Source: Minisyncoccia bacterium | GTDB lineage: Bacteria > Patescibacteriota > Minisyncoccia > Phycocordibacterales > UBA918 | Assembly: GCA_041736805.1 (NCBI GenBank) | Contig: JBGSSW010000016.1 | Coordinates: 130,526-194,525, forward strand | Length of the DNA: 64,000 bases | Direction: 5' to 3' | Part shown: piece by piece, positions 20,086 through 29,786 of the stretch | How the letters are laid out: the number at the start of each line of letters is the position of its first letter | Numbering within the stretch: position 1 is the first letter of the stretch | Made by a program: the position numbers and the translations under genes | The notes under the pieces: generated by a model | Seen by the model: the letters and a program-made list of their open reading frames with translations, nothing else | Database searches by the model: none | What the model was told of the DNA's origin: nothing

Positions 20086-20178
20086 AGTGGCGCAACTATA
20101 TCAAATATGGGTAAAAAAGCAACTGGGCTAACAAAAAGCCACCAGGGTTACTAGCGGCTTTTCTTCTAACGCAATCAA

Positions 20179-20457
20179 TCAGGACTTATTTGCCCTGGAT
20201 TTTGCGAGCATCCATCTTGGACAAGCGGTGGTGGTGGTTGCAATGGCTGGTGGAGAAACTGTCCTCTCCTTTCCTAGAGCAACGCAACCAATCTTCACTT
20301 CAGTTTCGCCCAAACCTCTTCTGCCAGTCTCTATCAGAGCTAGCGTCTTGAAATTTGGGCATTTTCCTCCAAAATGACCACAGTGACATGTTGCAACATG
20401 ATCCAGCACTTCAGGATCATTAAACGGAACGCCTACTCGCTTGATGGTTTTCCTCAA
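20179..20457 (-). CDS. Small Cys/His-rich orphan protein, possibly metal-binding
   Basis: TTG start with AGGAG SD, TGTTATAAT promoter and a downstream hairpin (20133-20163); TCHCGH, CPNF and CPRW motifs. Confidence 0.6.
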   Translation of the reverse strand: MRKTIKRVGVPFNDPEVLDHVATCHCGHFGGKCPNFKTLALIETGRRGLGETEVKIGCVALGKERTVSPPAIATTTTACPRWMLAKSRANKS

Positions 20458-20584
20458 GATATATCTCCTTTGTTTATGTTACTTCCAAAACAACAGCCTC
20501 ATTGCGTTGGTTTGGATGTTCATTATTATAACACGAAACATCCCATTGGTAAATGGAGGGATATCCCCGCCTCATTTGTCTTCA

Positions 20585-21184
20585 TCAAACAAATTTTTTA
20601 CAAAAACTCTGTCGATGAAGCTTTGATAATCCGTTTTCTTTAATTGCTTCACGATGTTTTTTGGTGCCATAGCCTTTATGTATTTCAAAACTATACTTTA
20701 AAAATTCACTTCGCTTCGACAGCTTCTCCATGTATTCATCTCTAGTTACTTTGGCCAAAATAGAAGCTAGGCCAATCAACTTTTCCTTGGCGTCGCCTTT
20801 TATTATTGTTTCTTGGTATAAATATTCTTTTGGAGCCCGCAAGAGTCCGTCAAGCTTAACTTCAACAGAGTCGGGTCTGACAGCTAATTTTTTTAGTCCT
20901 TTATCAATCCCGATTATTACGGCTTTTGAAATTCCTTGTTTATCAATTACTGTGCTACTTACTAATGTCACAGCGTAGTCTAATAATCCTTGTTTTTTTA
21001 ATTGCTTAGTTCGGTAAAAAATCGCTTCGCGATTTTTTACCGACACCTGTTTTGAATCCCTTACCCCAGGAATAATTTTCCAGTCAAAATCCCTCTTTAC
21101 TACCACCAATCCAACTGCCACTGGTCCGGCCAAAGGCCCTCTACCTGCTTCATCAATCCCAATTAAATATTTAGGCTTTTTCAC
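20585..21184 (-). CDS. rnhB: Ribonuclease HII (GTG start at 21184)
   Basis: GIDEAGRGPLAGPV, RDSK, IIKGD, ASILAKVTRD and HKGYGTKKH. Confidence 0.96.
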   Translation of the reverse strand: MKKPKYLIGIDEAGRGPLAGPVAVGLVVVKRDFDWKIIPGVRDSKQVSVKNREAIFYRTKQLKKQGLLDYAVTLVSSTVIDKQGISKAVIIGIDKGLKKLAVRPDSVEVKLDGLLRAPKEYLYQETIIKGDAKEKLIGLASILAKVTRDEYMEKLSKRSEFLKYSFEIHKGYGTKKHREAIKENGLSKLHRQSFCKKFV

Positions 21185-21299
21185 ATCAAAAGTATACCCC
21201 ACCCACAAGACACCAATAGTGTTAGCGCCCGAATGGCCACTGTTGCAGTTATTCATGTCTTTAGCAATCACTACAGCTGGATGTTATAATGTCTAAGCC

Positions 21300-24200
21300 A
21301 TGCCCGAAACCGAAAAAACCTCTCCTCAATTTGTCCATCTACATGTCCATTCTCACTACTCTCTTCTCAATGCGCTTCCAACTCCGAAGGAGTTAGTTAT
21401 CGCAGCCAAGGCTGATGGGCAAACCTCACTTGCAATTACTGATAATGGCGCCCTCTATGGAGCGATTGATTTTTACAAAGCTTGTACTAAAGAAGGCATC
21501 AAACCAATTATTGGTATTGACGCTTTTTTAGCGCCGAGAACTAGGCACGATAAAGATGCGCAAATTGATAAACCTCGTGCCCGAGTTGTCCTTTTAGCTA
21601 AGACTTTCGCTGGTTATCAAAACCTTATTCAGTTAGTCACAATTTCAAATCTCGAAGGCTTCTACTACAAACCAAGACTAGATGAAGAAATAATTGCCAA
21701 ATATGCGAAAGACCTAATTTGTATCATCCCCTCTTTTGCTGGAGAAGTCGCCAAAGCTTTAAAGGATGGCGACCAGGAATATGCCTTAAAAAAACTAAAC
21801 TGGTACAAGGAAGTATTTGGGGATAATTGCTACCTAGAAATCACTCATCATCCAGAAATTCTTGATCACGAAAAAAATCAGCAAAAAATTATCGCCCTGG
21901 CCAAATCCACCGACACACAGCTGGTGGCGGCTCACGACGTTTACTACCTGAAACCTGAGGATAGGACAGCCAGAGAAACGTTAATTAAAATCCAAAATGG
22001 TGGTGTGGTAGATATGACGACCGAACATGGTACTGAAGAAGACTTTTCTTTTATCACTCAAGCCCAAGCCCGCAAATACTTTAAGGACACTCCTGAGGCT
22101 TTAGCCAACACCATTAAGATTGCTGAAGCCTGTAATGTAGAAATTGAAATTGGTACGCACTGGTATTTCCCTGACTACAAAATAGCCAGTAACCGTGATG
22201 CTGATGATGAATTAAAAACCACCGCCTACGAAGGCGTTACTTGGAGAAGGCTTGATATTAATAATGAGGTCGTAAAAACTCGTCTTGATTACGAACTGGA
22301 AGTAATCAAGAATAAAGGTTATGCAAAATACTTTTTGGTGGTAGGCGATTTACTACGTGAAGCTAGGACACGAGGTATTCTGACCACTATTCGTGGTTCG
22401 GTAGCCGGTTCACTGACAACTTATGTTTTAGGTATTACTAACGTAGACCCGATTGAATACAAACTTCCTTTTGAACGCTTCCTCAATCCCGAACGTCCCT
22501 CAGCTCCCGATATTGATATGGACTTTGCTGATGATAGACGTGACGAAATTATTGAATATGCCAAAGAAAAATATGGCGCAGACAAAGTAGCCCAAATTGG
22601 TACTTTCGGCACTATGATGGCCAGAGCGGCTGTCCGCGACGTTGCTAGAGCCTTAGGTCACCCTTATTCTGTCGGTGACCGGATTGCCAAATTAATTCCT
22701 ATGGGTAGCCAAGGCTTTCCGATGACAATAAAAAAAGCTCTAGAAATAGAACCTGATCTGGCAAAACTATACAAACAAGATAGCGAAGCTAAAGAGGTGA
22801 TAGATTTAGCTAAACAAATTGAAGGTCGAGTTAGACATCTAGGAGTACATGCGGCTGGAGTAGTTATTTCTCCTGAGCCGCTAAATAAATTTGTCCCAAT
22901 TCAACCCGACCCAAAGACGGGTAAGTTTATTACTCAGTATGAAATGAAAAGTGTCGGTGAGGATGGTGTTGGTCTACTTAAGTTTGACTTTCTCGGTATC
23001 AAGAACCTAGCTATTTTAGCTGAAGCCGTAAAGAGAGTGGGAGTCATCCGCGAAATAAAGGTGGATATAGAAAATATTCCTCTAGCTGATGACAAAACTT
23101 TCAATATTTTGGCTAAGGGTGAAACTATGGGTCTTTTTCAATTAAATGGCTCTGGTATGACTGCTTTCTTAAAACAACTTAAGCCTAGTACCATTCACGA
23201 TATCAATGCCATGGTTGCTCTCTATCGTCCGGGCCCAATGGAATCTATCCCTCAATACATCGAAAGAAAGCACAACTCGGAATTAGTTTCCTATATTGAC
23301 CCGCGTTTAAAACCGATTCTAGAAATGTCATATGGGGTTATTACTTACCAGGACGATGTTATGACAATAGCCCGAGAGTTAGCAGGTTACAGTTGGCTTG
23401 AAGCTGATATCTTGCGTAAGGCCATGGGTAAGAAAATTCCTGAGGTAATGGCGGCTGAAAAAGACAAATTACTGACCGGTTTCGTCGAATACGGTAAATT
23501 AAGCAGCGCCATTGCCAACAAACTATGGAGTCTAATTGAACCTTTCGCCGCCTACGGATTCAATAAAGCCCATGCGGCGAGTTATGGACGCGTAGCTTAT
23601 CAAACCGCTTACATGAAGGCCAACTTCCCTGTCGAATACATGTCAGCGGTCTTAACAGCTGACTCAGGTGATATTGATAAAATTTCTGAAATCATTCGCG
23701 AATGTGAAAGAATGCAAATTGATGTTTTGCCGCCTGACATCAATGAATCATATGAAGACTTTACTGTTGTTCCTGGTAAAAAAACTATTCGTTTTGGACT
23801 AACCACAATCAAAAATTTTGGTGCTGGTATCGCCGAAGCCATCATCAAAGAAAGAAAGAAAAATGGTCACTTCACTTCCCTGACTAATTTTCTTTCCCGG
23901 GTGAATGATCGTAACTTGAATAAAAAATCTCTTGAATCCCTAATCTTGACCGGTGCCTTGGATGGTTTCGGGGAACGGGGAGAAATGTATGCCAACATTG
24001 AACTACTTCTCACCTTTAACCGTGAGCGTGTGACTGAGAAGGAATCTGCCCAAGAATCATTATTTAACCTTGGTAGTGGCAGTACTCACACTTTAAATCT
24101 ACAATCGTCAGAGCCCGCCCCAGCCCTGCAAAAGCTAATCTGGGAAAAAGATTTACTCGGAGTTTATGTGTCTGGACATCCACTTGATGCCTATGAAGAA

Positions 24201-24518
24201 GAATTGAAACAAAGACCTACGATTCAAGAAATTAGAAATGACGATCGTAATGGTGTCCCAGTTGTTACAGCAGGTATGATTAGCGGAATTCGAGAATTAC
24301 TGACAAAAAAAGGTGAGCGTATGGCTTTTGTGATTTTATCTGATAAAAAAAGTGAGATTGAGATGGTGGCTTTCCCTCGAACCTATACTGAGCTTAGAGA
24401 CATTTTTTTGGTTGGCACTTGTATAGCAGTCAAAGGTCGTTTGTCTATCCGTAATAGCGAACCGACCATTGCCTTAGAGAGAGCTAAATTACTGTCTTTA
24501 CCAAATCAGACTTCCTAA
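21300..24518 (+). CDS. dnaE: DNA polymerase III alpha subunit
   Basis: PHP domain (HLHVHSHYS), PDIDMDF, YGFNKAHA and a C-terminal OB fold. Confidence 0.98.
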   Translation: MPETEKTSPQFVHLHVHSHYSLLNALPTPKELVIAAKADGQTSLAITDNGALYGAIDFYKACTKEGIKPIIGIDAFLAPRTRHDKDAQIDKPRARVVLLAKTFAGYQNLIQLVTISNLEGFYYKPRLDEEIIAKYAKDLICIIPSFAGEVAKALKDGDQEYALKKLNWYKEVFGDNCYLEITHHPEILDHEKNQQKIIALAKSTDTQLVAAHDVYYLKPEDRTARETLIKIQNGGVVDMTTEHGTEEDFSFITQAQARKYFKDTPEALANTIKIAEACNVEIEIGTHWYFPDYKIASNRDADDELKTTAYEGVTWRRLDINNEVVKTRLDYELEVIKNKGYAKYFLVVGDLLREARTRGILTTIRGSVAGSLTTYVLGITNVDPIEYKLPFERFLNPERPSAPDIDMDFADDRRDEIIEYAKEKYGADKVAQIGTFGTMMARAAVRDVARALGHPYSVGDRIAKLIPMGSQGFPMTIKKALEIEPDLAKLYKQDSEAKEVIDLAKQIEGRVRHLGVHAAGVVISPEPLNKFVPIQPDPKTGKFITQYEMKSVGEDGVGLLKFDFLGIKNLAILAEAVKRVGVIREIKVDIENIPLADDKTFNILAKGETMGLFQLNGSGMTAFLKQLKPSTIHDINAMVALYRPGPMESIPQYIERKHNSELVSYIDPRLKPILEMSYGVITYQDDVMTIARELAGYSWLEADILRKAMGKKIPEVMAAEKDKLLTGFVEYGKLSSAIANKLWSLIEPFAAYGFNKAHAASYGRVAYQTAYMKANFPVEYMSAVLTADSGDIDKISEIIRECERMQIDVLPPDINESYEDFTVVPGKKTIRFGLTTIKNFGAGIAEAIIKERKKNGHFTSLTNFLSRVNDRNLNKKSLESLILTGALDGFGERGEMYANIELLLTFNRERVTEKESAQESLFNLGSGSTHTLNLQSSEPAPALQKLIWEKDLLGVYVSGHPLDAYEEELKQRPTIQEIRNDDRNGVPVVTAGMISGIRELLTKKGERMAFVILSDKKSEIEMVAFPRTYTELRDIFLVGTCIAVKGRLSIRNSEPTIALERAKLLSLPNQTS

Positions 24519-24553
24519 AACAACTAAAGTCTAGAAACATCGGTCTTAAAAAT

Positions 24554-24761
24554 TTGACCAAATTTACTAATGAGTTTAGGATGTACAGATACAGAGATTG
24601 TGGTGTCTACCAAACACCAAAGCACCTGCTTGTATCATCTGATACCTAATCTGCATCTTAAGAGCGGTTACTTTTGTAATCGAAACTCGGTGGAACCGCG
24701 GTTTGAAAAATCGTCCGAGTAAAAATACGACTTCCGTCGTATTTTTACTCGGACGATTTTT
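24554..24761 (+). promoter_or_regulatory. thrS promoter and T-box riboswitch leader with terminator/antiterminator
   Basis: TTGACC-17-TAGGAT (24554-24582); antiterminator CTCGG-TGGAACC-GCG...CGT-CCGAG (24686-24719); mutually exclusive 26-bp terminator stem (24706-24761); ACC (Thr) triplets in the 5' stem. Confidence 0.85.
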
Positions 24762-24836
24762 GCTTGGTCTTGCTTGCTTCGAACGACTCTGCAGGCGTAG
24801 CCGAAGCCTTAGTGAGGAGTAAGACAAGACCAAGCA
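24761..24836. repeat. REP-like hairpin between the T-box terminator and the thrS start
   Basis: TGCTTGGTCTTG...CAAGACCAAGCA arms enclosing GGCGTAGCCGAAGCC. Confidence 0.6.
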
Positions 24837-24854
24837 AAAACAACTATAATTTAT

Positions 24855-26603
24855 ATGTCATATACACTACAAGAAAAAAGACACACCTTAGCTCACCTAT
24901 TGGCAGCGGCCGTAATAAAGGATTATCCTCACGCCAAACTCACCCTCGGCCCCGCCATTGATAACGGTTTCTATTACGACATCGATTTTTCTGGTGGACC
25001 AGCTTTAGGTGATGATGGTTTAAAGGATGTTCAAAAAAATATGAAGAAACTTCTAAACTCTTGGACAGAGTTTACTCATAAAGAAGTTACTCCTGAAGCG
25101 GCTCGTGAGTTATTTAAAGACAACCCTTACAAGCTTGAATTAGTAAGCGAAATAATTGAGCGTGGAGAAAAAATTACCCTTTACACCTGTGGCGGATTTA
25201 CTGACTTATGTCGCGGCGGACACTGTGAAAATCCTAACCAAGACTTAGATACCGACGCTTTCAAGCTTGATAAGGTGGCCGGAGCCTACTGGCGTGGAAA
25301 TGAAAAAAATCCTATGCTTTCGCGTATTTATGGTCTAGCTTTTGAAACTAAAGCGGAACTTGATGCGTACGTAACTCAAATCGAAGAAGCTAAGAAACGT
25401 GACCACCGCAAACTTGGTAAAGAGATGGACTTGTTTACTTTCTCAGAATTAGTCGGGTCTGGCTTACCACTCTGGACTCCCAAAGGCACTTTACTTAGAA
25501 GTATTCTTGATAATTACATTTGGGAACTTCGTACAAAACATGGCTACACCAGAGTCACAATTCCACATATCACTAAAAAGGATTTGTATGTTACTTCTGG
25601 ACATTGGGATAAATTTTCTGATGAACTATTCCGTATCAATACACGTGAAGGTAAGGAGTACGCTATGAAGCCAATGAACTGTCCTCACCACACGCAGATT
25701 TTTGATCGTCATCCCCACAGTTATCGTGACATGCCCCAACGCTACGCTGAGACCACAATGGTCTACCGTGATGAACAATCAGGTGAACTTGGCGGGCTAA
25801 CTAGAGTACTTTCTATTACCCAAGATGACGCTCATGTATTTTGTCGAGAAAATCAGGTTAAAGAAGAATTTGACCGTGTCTGGGATATCATTACAACCTT
25901 CTATGGCACTTTTGGTTTTAATGACATGAGAGTACGACTATCACTTCATGACCCGAAAGAATTCGAGAAGTACCTCGGTACCAAAGAAACCTGGCAAAGG
26001 GCTGAAGACTCGCTGCGTGAAATTGCACAATCGCATAAAGCTAACTACTTTGAAGCGGAAGGTGAAGCTGCCATGTACGGACCAAAGTTGGATTTCATGG
26101 CCAAAGACTCGCTTGGCCGCGAACATCAAGTAGCTACGATTCAGCTCGACATGAATTTACCTGAGCGATTTGATCTTAATTGTATTAATGAGAAAGGTGA
26201 AAAAGAAAGGGTTGTTATGATTCATTGTGCCATCATGGGTTCAATTGAACGTTTTTCAGCTGTCTTGATTGAACACTTAGGTGGTAACTTCCCTCTCTGG
26301 CTTTCACCAGAGCAACTTAGAGTTATCCCTGTCACTGATGATCATTTAGATTATGCTGATAAAGTCTATCGCGAACTAAAAGCAATTGGGCTTCGGGTAT
26401 CAATTGATGACAGTAAAGAATCTATGGGTAAGAAAATTCGTGCGGCTAAAGTTGACCGACTGCCTTACTTTATTGTTGTTGGAGACAAAGAAATTGCAGA
26501 CAAAGCCGTAACCCTCGAGTCTAGAGGTGGAAATACTGAGAAGATGGATTTGAGTTCACTCGGTAATCATTTACTAACTGAGATAGAGACCAAGAAACTA
26601 TAA
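24855..26603 (+). CDS. thrS: Threonyl-tRNA synthetase (lacks the N-terminal TGS domain)
   Basis: RHTLAHLLA, DLCRGGH, AGAYWRG, RDHRKLG, KPMNCP and GSIERF. Confidence 0.98.
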   Translation: MSYTLQEKRHTLAHLLAAAVIKDYPHAKLTLGPAIDNGFYYDIDFSGGPALGDDGLKDVQKNMKKLLNSWTEFTHKEVTPEAARELFKDNPYKLELVSEIIERGEKITLYTCGGFTDLCRGGHCENPNQDLDTDAFKLDKVAGAYWRGNEKNPMLSRIYGLAFETKAELDAYVTQIEEAKKRDHRKLGKEMDLFTFSELVGSGLPLWTPKGTLLRSILDNYIWELRTKHGYTRVTIPHITKKDLYVTSGHWDKFSDELFRINTREGKEYAMKPMNCPHHTQIFDRHPHSYRDMPQRYAETTMVYRDEQSGELGGLTRVLSITQDDAHVFCRENQVKEEFDRVWDIITTFYGTFGFNDMRVRLSLHDPKEFEKYLGTKETWQRAEDSLREIAQSHKANYFEAEGEAAMYGPKLDFMAKDSLGREHQVATIQLDMNLPERFDLNCINEKGEKERVVMIHCAIMGSIERFSAVLIEHLGGNFPLWLSPEQLRVIPVTDDHLDYADKVYRELKAIGLRVSIDDSKESMGKKIRAAKVDRLPYFIVVGDKEIADKAVTLESRGGNTEKMDLSSLGNHLLTEIETKKL

Positions 26604-26641
26604 AAATAAAACCGCCTCCCGAAGGGAGGCGGTTTTATTTT
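26603..26641. terminator. Bidirectional terminator between thrS and the surface-protein gene
   Basis: AAAATAAAACCGCCTCCC-gaa-GGGAGGCGGTTTTATTTT. Confidence 0.85.
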
Positions 26642-26652
26642 GTTTTGCTAAA

Positions 26653-29577
26653 TTAAGCTACCACCTTAATTGCCTTCATGATAGACATCTTCACCGCTGC
26701 TTCTTCATCAGTATAAGTGCCATCAAGGGCACCAGTTAGCGCTTCTATCATCTTGAGAATTTGTTCATCAGTTAATTTAGTAGTTTCACTCTTCAACAAA
26801 TCTGAAACCGAACCTTTTCCTCCTTTTCTAATTCGATATATTGCGTCAAGGTCTGCTGCGGCATCCGCCAGAGCAAACATTGGTCTATTGCCAATCATTT
26901 CGTAAGCCGCTATTACATTACCAGTTACAATTGATTCAGCTAAAGAACCAGCTCCTTCAGGAATTACAGCTGGTACATATGGTGATTCGTTTGAACTAAC
27001 GTTATTTACGGTGCAAATAACACAAGTATCTTTCATTCTTTTTTCATTTAAAACCACCCATCCATCTTCAGATGGAAATTGAGATTTTGAGGCTTTAAGT
27101 ACTTGATCTAAAGCTTCTAAGCGCTCTTCCTTATTATTGGTGGTGGCAATAAAGTGGCGAATTGCGTCACTAGATAGTAAAACTTTTTGAGCGTGAGCAT
27201 AATTTTCAATTCTAGTCATTTCTGCATCATCAATATTATGGACATTGTTTGAAACAATTTTTGCATCACTACCATAACCAATTACTGGCAGACCAGTTGG
27301 TAGGTTTGCGGGCTCAAGTGATCTGGGTGCAGCCATTGGAGCTTGAACCTTTTCAACAAAGACATCTGGTCTTAGAGCAAATGACTCATCAACTGGATTT
27401 CTTGTTGCTGGTTGTACTGAAGCAAATTTTACTCCTCCCATATCATCACGTCGGATGACTAATAGATAAGCAACATACAGTGCCCAAGTCATAAGTAAAG
27501 TATAGAAGAGCAAAGTCAAAATTGGACCAGCCTCGAAACCAGTGTATGGAACTTGCGACAATGAGATACCTGCAACTAGAGGTTGTTGATCACGTATCTG
27601 TGTAACAACTATATTATTTACTACATCTACATCAACTGAACAAGTCCTCTTTTTAGAACCCCTTTCTATGGTCATTAAATAAGTTGTGTCCTTACGAGGT
27701 GATACTGTGAGTGAACCATCAAACAAACGGTCCTTCTCCTTACTTGATAAATTATTAGTAGTGACTAGAGTTTCACCGGTGTTTTTATCTTCAATGAAAA
27801 GACTGGTCGCAAGTGAACTATCCCATTTCAACACCACTTTCTCACCTAGACTTATCTTATTATCAGAAACAGACAATTCACATCTTGGTGAAGCCGAACC
27901 ACCGCCACCACCGCCACCGCCAGTACTAACATTTATTGGCATTGGGCAAGTAATGGTGTTCTTACCGTCGGTAGCAGTTAGGTTGTAAGTAGTAGAGTTA
28001 GTAGGGGTCACTGAAGTAGAGCCACTAAGTCCAGTTGAGGTTATACCATTATCGAAACTGACACCTGTTATACCCCCACTAGTTGTCCAAGAAATTGTTG
28101 TTGCCTCTCCTCTTCTAATTGTTGCGTCAGAAGCAGTTAAGCTGACATTGTTTAAACATGATATTGGCGTTGGTACTGGCGTATCTACCGGTACAGTAAC
28201 TACACAACTATCCTTATTTTCCTTAGCATCAAAAGCGTTCAGAGTGAAGGTCGTGGTTGAAGCCAGGGCTACGGTCGATGAACCATTTACGGAAACTGAA
28301 CCAATGGTTGGCGAGATAGACACTGCCGTTGCATTAGTGGTGTTCCAGGCCAAAGCTACATTTCCACCGCCGACTGGCAACCTACTTGGAGTAGCAGTAA
28401 AAGCCTCACACTTTGGCACTGTCACAACTGGTGGTTCCTTGACAGTTATAGTGGCTTCACACTTTTCACTAACAGTACCCCTATAGGCATTCAAAATGTA
28501 AGTGATGTCAGACAAAGGTGTCACAGAAATTGTTCCGGTAGCAGCTACTTCTCCAATTCCATTATTAATTGTTACCCTATCTGTATTTGAAGTCACCCAA
28601 TTTAAGCTGGCTGAATCGCCTTTAGTTATAGTAGTTTGATTAGCGGCAAAAGCATCGCAAGTTGGAACCGGCACATCACAAGCCTTGTAGACATCAGTCT
28701 CAACCATGTTGCTCTGAGACCAAGTACTGAAGTTATTTAGTTCTTTAGCTGTCGCTTTAGCACTATTCTTAACAGTGGTGTGAATTCCACAAGCTAAATC
28801 ATGAGTAACTTTTCCTTTCCAAGTAATAGTTCCTTCTTCGTTAGGATTTAGAGTATTACCATTCCAAGACAAGGTTTTAGCTGCAGCAAGGTAGACTGGG
28901 TTGCTTCCGTAACCAGCATTTAAGTTTGAGCTATGAGTCTCACTTAGGTAAGAAATGTTAGTATCATGGATATCGACAATTCTAACTCCACCACCTGTAC
29001 AGTCAGCAGTACCAGTATTTTTAATTTTAATAGTGTAGACAAGTTCATCACCTGGCTTGGCACTTGTTTTGTCAACTGACTTGGTTAGAGTTAGTTCACA
29101 AAATTTAGGAACCTCAACCGGCGGTAAACAAAGTACTGTTACACTAGTTTTACATTCACTTTTTCCATCAGCAGTCTTTGCCGATAGGGTGTAGGTAGTA
29201 TTTTCTCTAACATTTTCAAACGTCTTTGATCCAGAAAGTTCAGTGACAACAACTCCATTTAAAGTAATGGCAGAAAAACCACGGGTTTCCCAGTAGATTG
29301 TCACAGCAGCTCCATTAGCTACTTTTGATTGACTAGCAGTAACAACGCAACTTTGAAAAGTGTCTGCGCTAGAAGCATTTTCAACCATAGGTAGTTCCGG
29401 TATCTCTGGGATTTCAACCTCAGGTATTGAAAAATCTGATGTCGCCTGTACGCTATCTGGTGAAAGAACTGTTAATTCGTTGTATGGGTCATAAGAACCA
29501 GAGTTCATGACTCCTAAAACGACGAATAAAATCACCATTGCTGGCATTAATTTTTTGAATTGTGTAAGAAAGCTCAT
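26653..29577 (-). CDS. Large surface protein: signal/TM, DUF11-like and repeated Cys-bracketed Ig-like domains, poly-Gly linker, VPYTG sortase-type motif, TM helix and ~265-aa cytoplasmic tail
   Basis: LTLTKSVDKTSAKPGDELVYTIKIKNTG (DUF11-like); repeated W.T.N...V.I..GIG.V...G...V.P...TY.L.A units; LSQVPYTG at 27538-27561, then a hydrophobic stretch and RR. Confidence 0.88.
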   Translation of the reverse strand: MSFLTQFKKLMPAMVILFVVLGVMNSGSYDPYNELTVLSPDSVQATSDFSIPEVEIPEIPELPMVENASSADTFQSCVVTASQSKVANGAAVTIYWETRGFSAITLNGVVVTELSGSKTFENVRENTTYTLSAKTADGKSECKTSVTVLCLPPVEVPKFCELTLTKSVDKTSAKPGDELVYTIKIKNTGTADCTGGGVRIVDIHDTNISYLSETHSSNLNAGYGSNPVYLAAAKTLSWNGNTLNPNEEGTITWKGKVTHDLACGIHTTVKNSAKATAKELNNFSTWSQSNMVETDVYKACDVPVPTCDAFAANQTTITKGDSASLNWVTSNTDRVTINNGIGEVAATGTISVTPLSDITYILNAYRGTVSEKCEATITVKEPPVVTVPKCEAFTATPSRLPVGGGNVALAWNTTNATAVSISPTIGSVSVNGSSTVALASTTTFTLNAFDAKENKDSCVVTVPVDTPVPTPISCLNNVSLTASDATIRRGEATTISWTTSGGITGVSFDNGITSTGLSGSTSVTPTNSTTYNLTATDGKNTITCPMPINVSTGGGGGGGGSASPRCELSVSDNKISLGEKVVLKWDSSLATSLFIEDKNTGETLVTTNNLSSKEKDRLFDGSLTVSPRKDTTYLMTIERGSKKRTCSVDVDVVNNIVVTQIRDQQPLVAGISLSQVPYTGFEAGPILTLLFYTLLMTWALYVAYLLVIRRDDMGGVKFASVQPATRNPVDESFALRPDVFVEKVQAPMAAPRSLEPANLPTGLPVIGYGSDAKIVSNNVHNIDDAEMTRIENYAHAQKVLLSSDAIRHFIATTNNKEERLEALDQVLKASKSQFPSEDGWVVLNEKRMKDTCVICTVNNVSSNESPYVPAVIPEGAGSLAESIVTGNVIAAYEMIGNRPMFALADAAADLDAIYRIRKGGKGSVSDLLKSETTKLTDEQILKMIEALTGALDGTYTDEEAAVKMSIMKAIKVVA

Positions 29578-29786
29578 ACAAGTTAATTTATAATTTATAA
29601 TTTCTATACTCCTACCTACACCCCTGTACGCAAGAGTAATCAAAATTACAAACTCTACTTATTAAAAGAACTTTTACGGCGAAGCAATTGACTCTGATTT
29701 TAGAAAATAGAGCCTGGGAACGATTTATTAGTTTAAATGGTATCTTAATTTTGTTGATTTGTCAAGTTATATAACCTATTCAAACA

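Noticed and set aside
27294-27305. LPTG sequence after the TM helix as a second sortase site
   Set aside because: It has only four residues of the motif and lies on the predicted cytoplasmic side.
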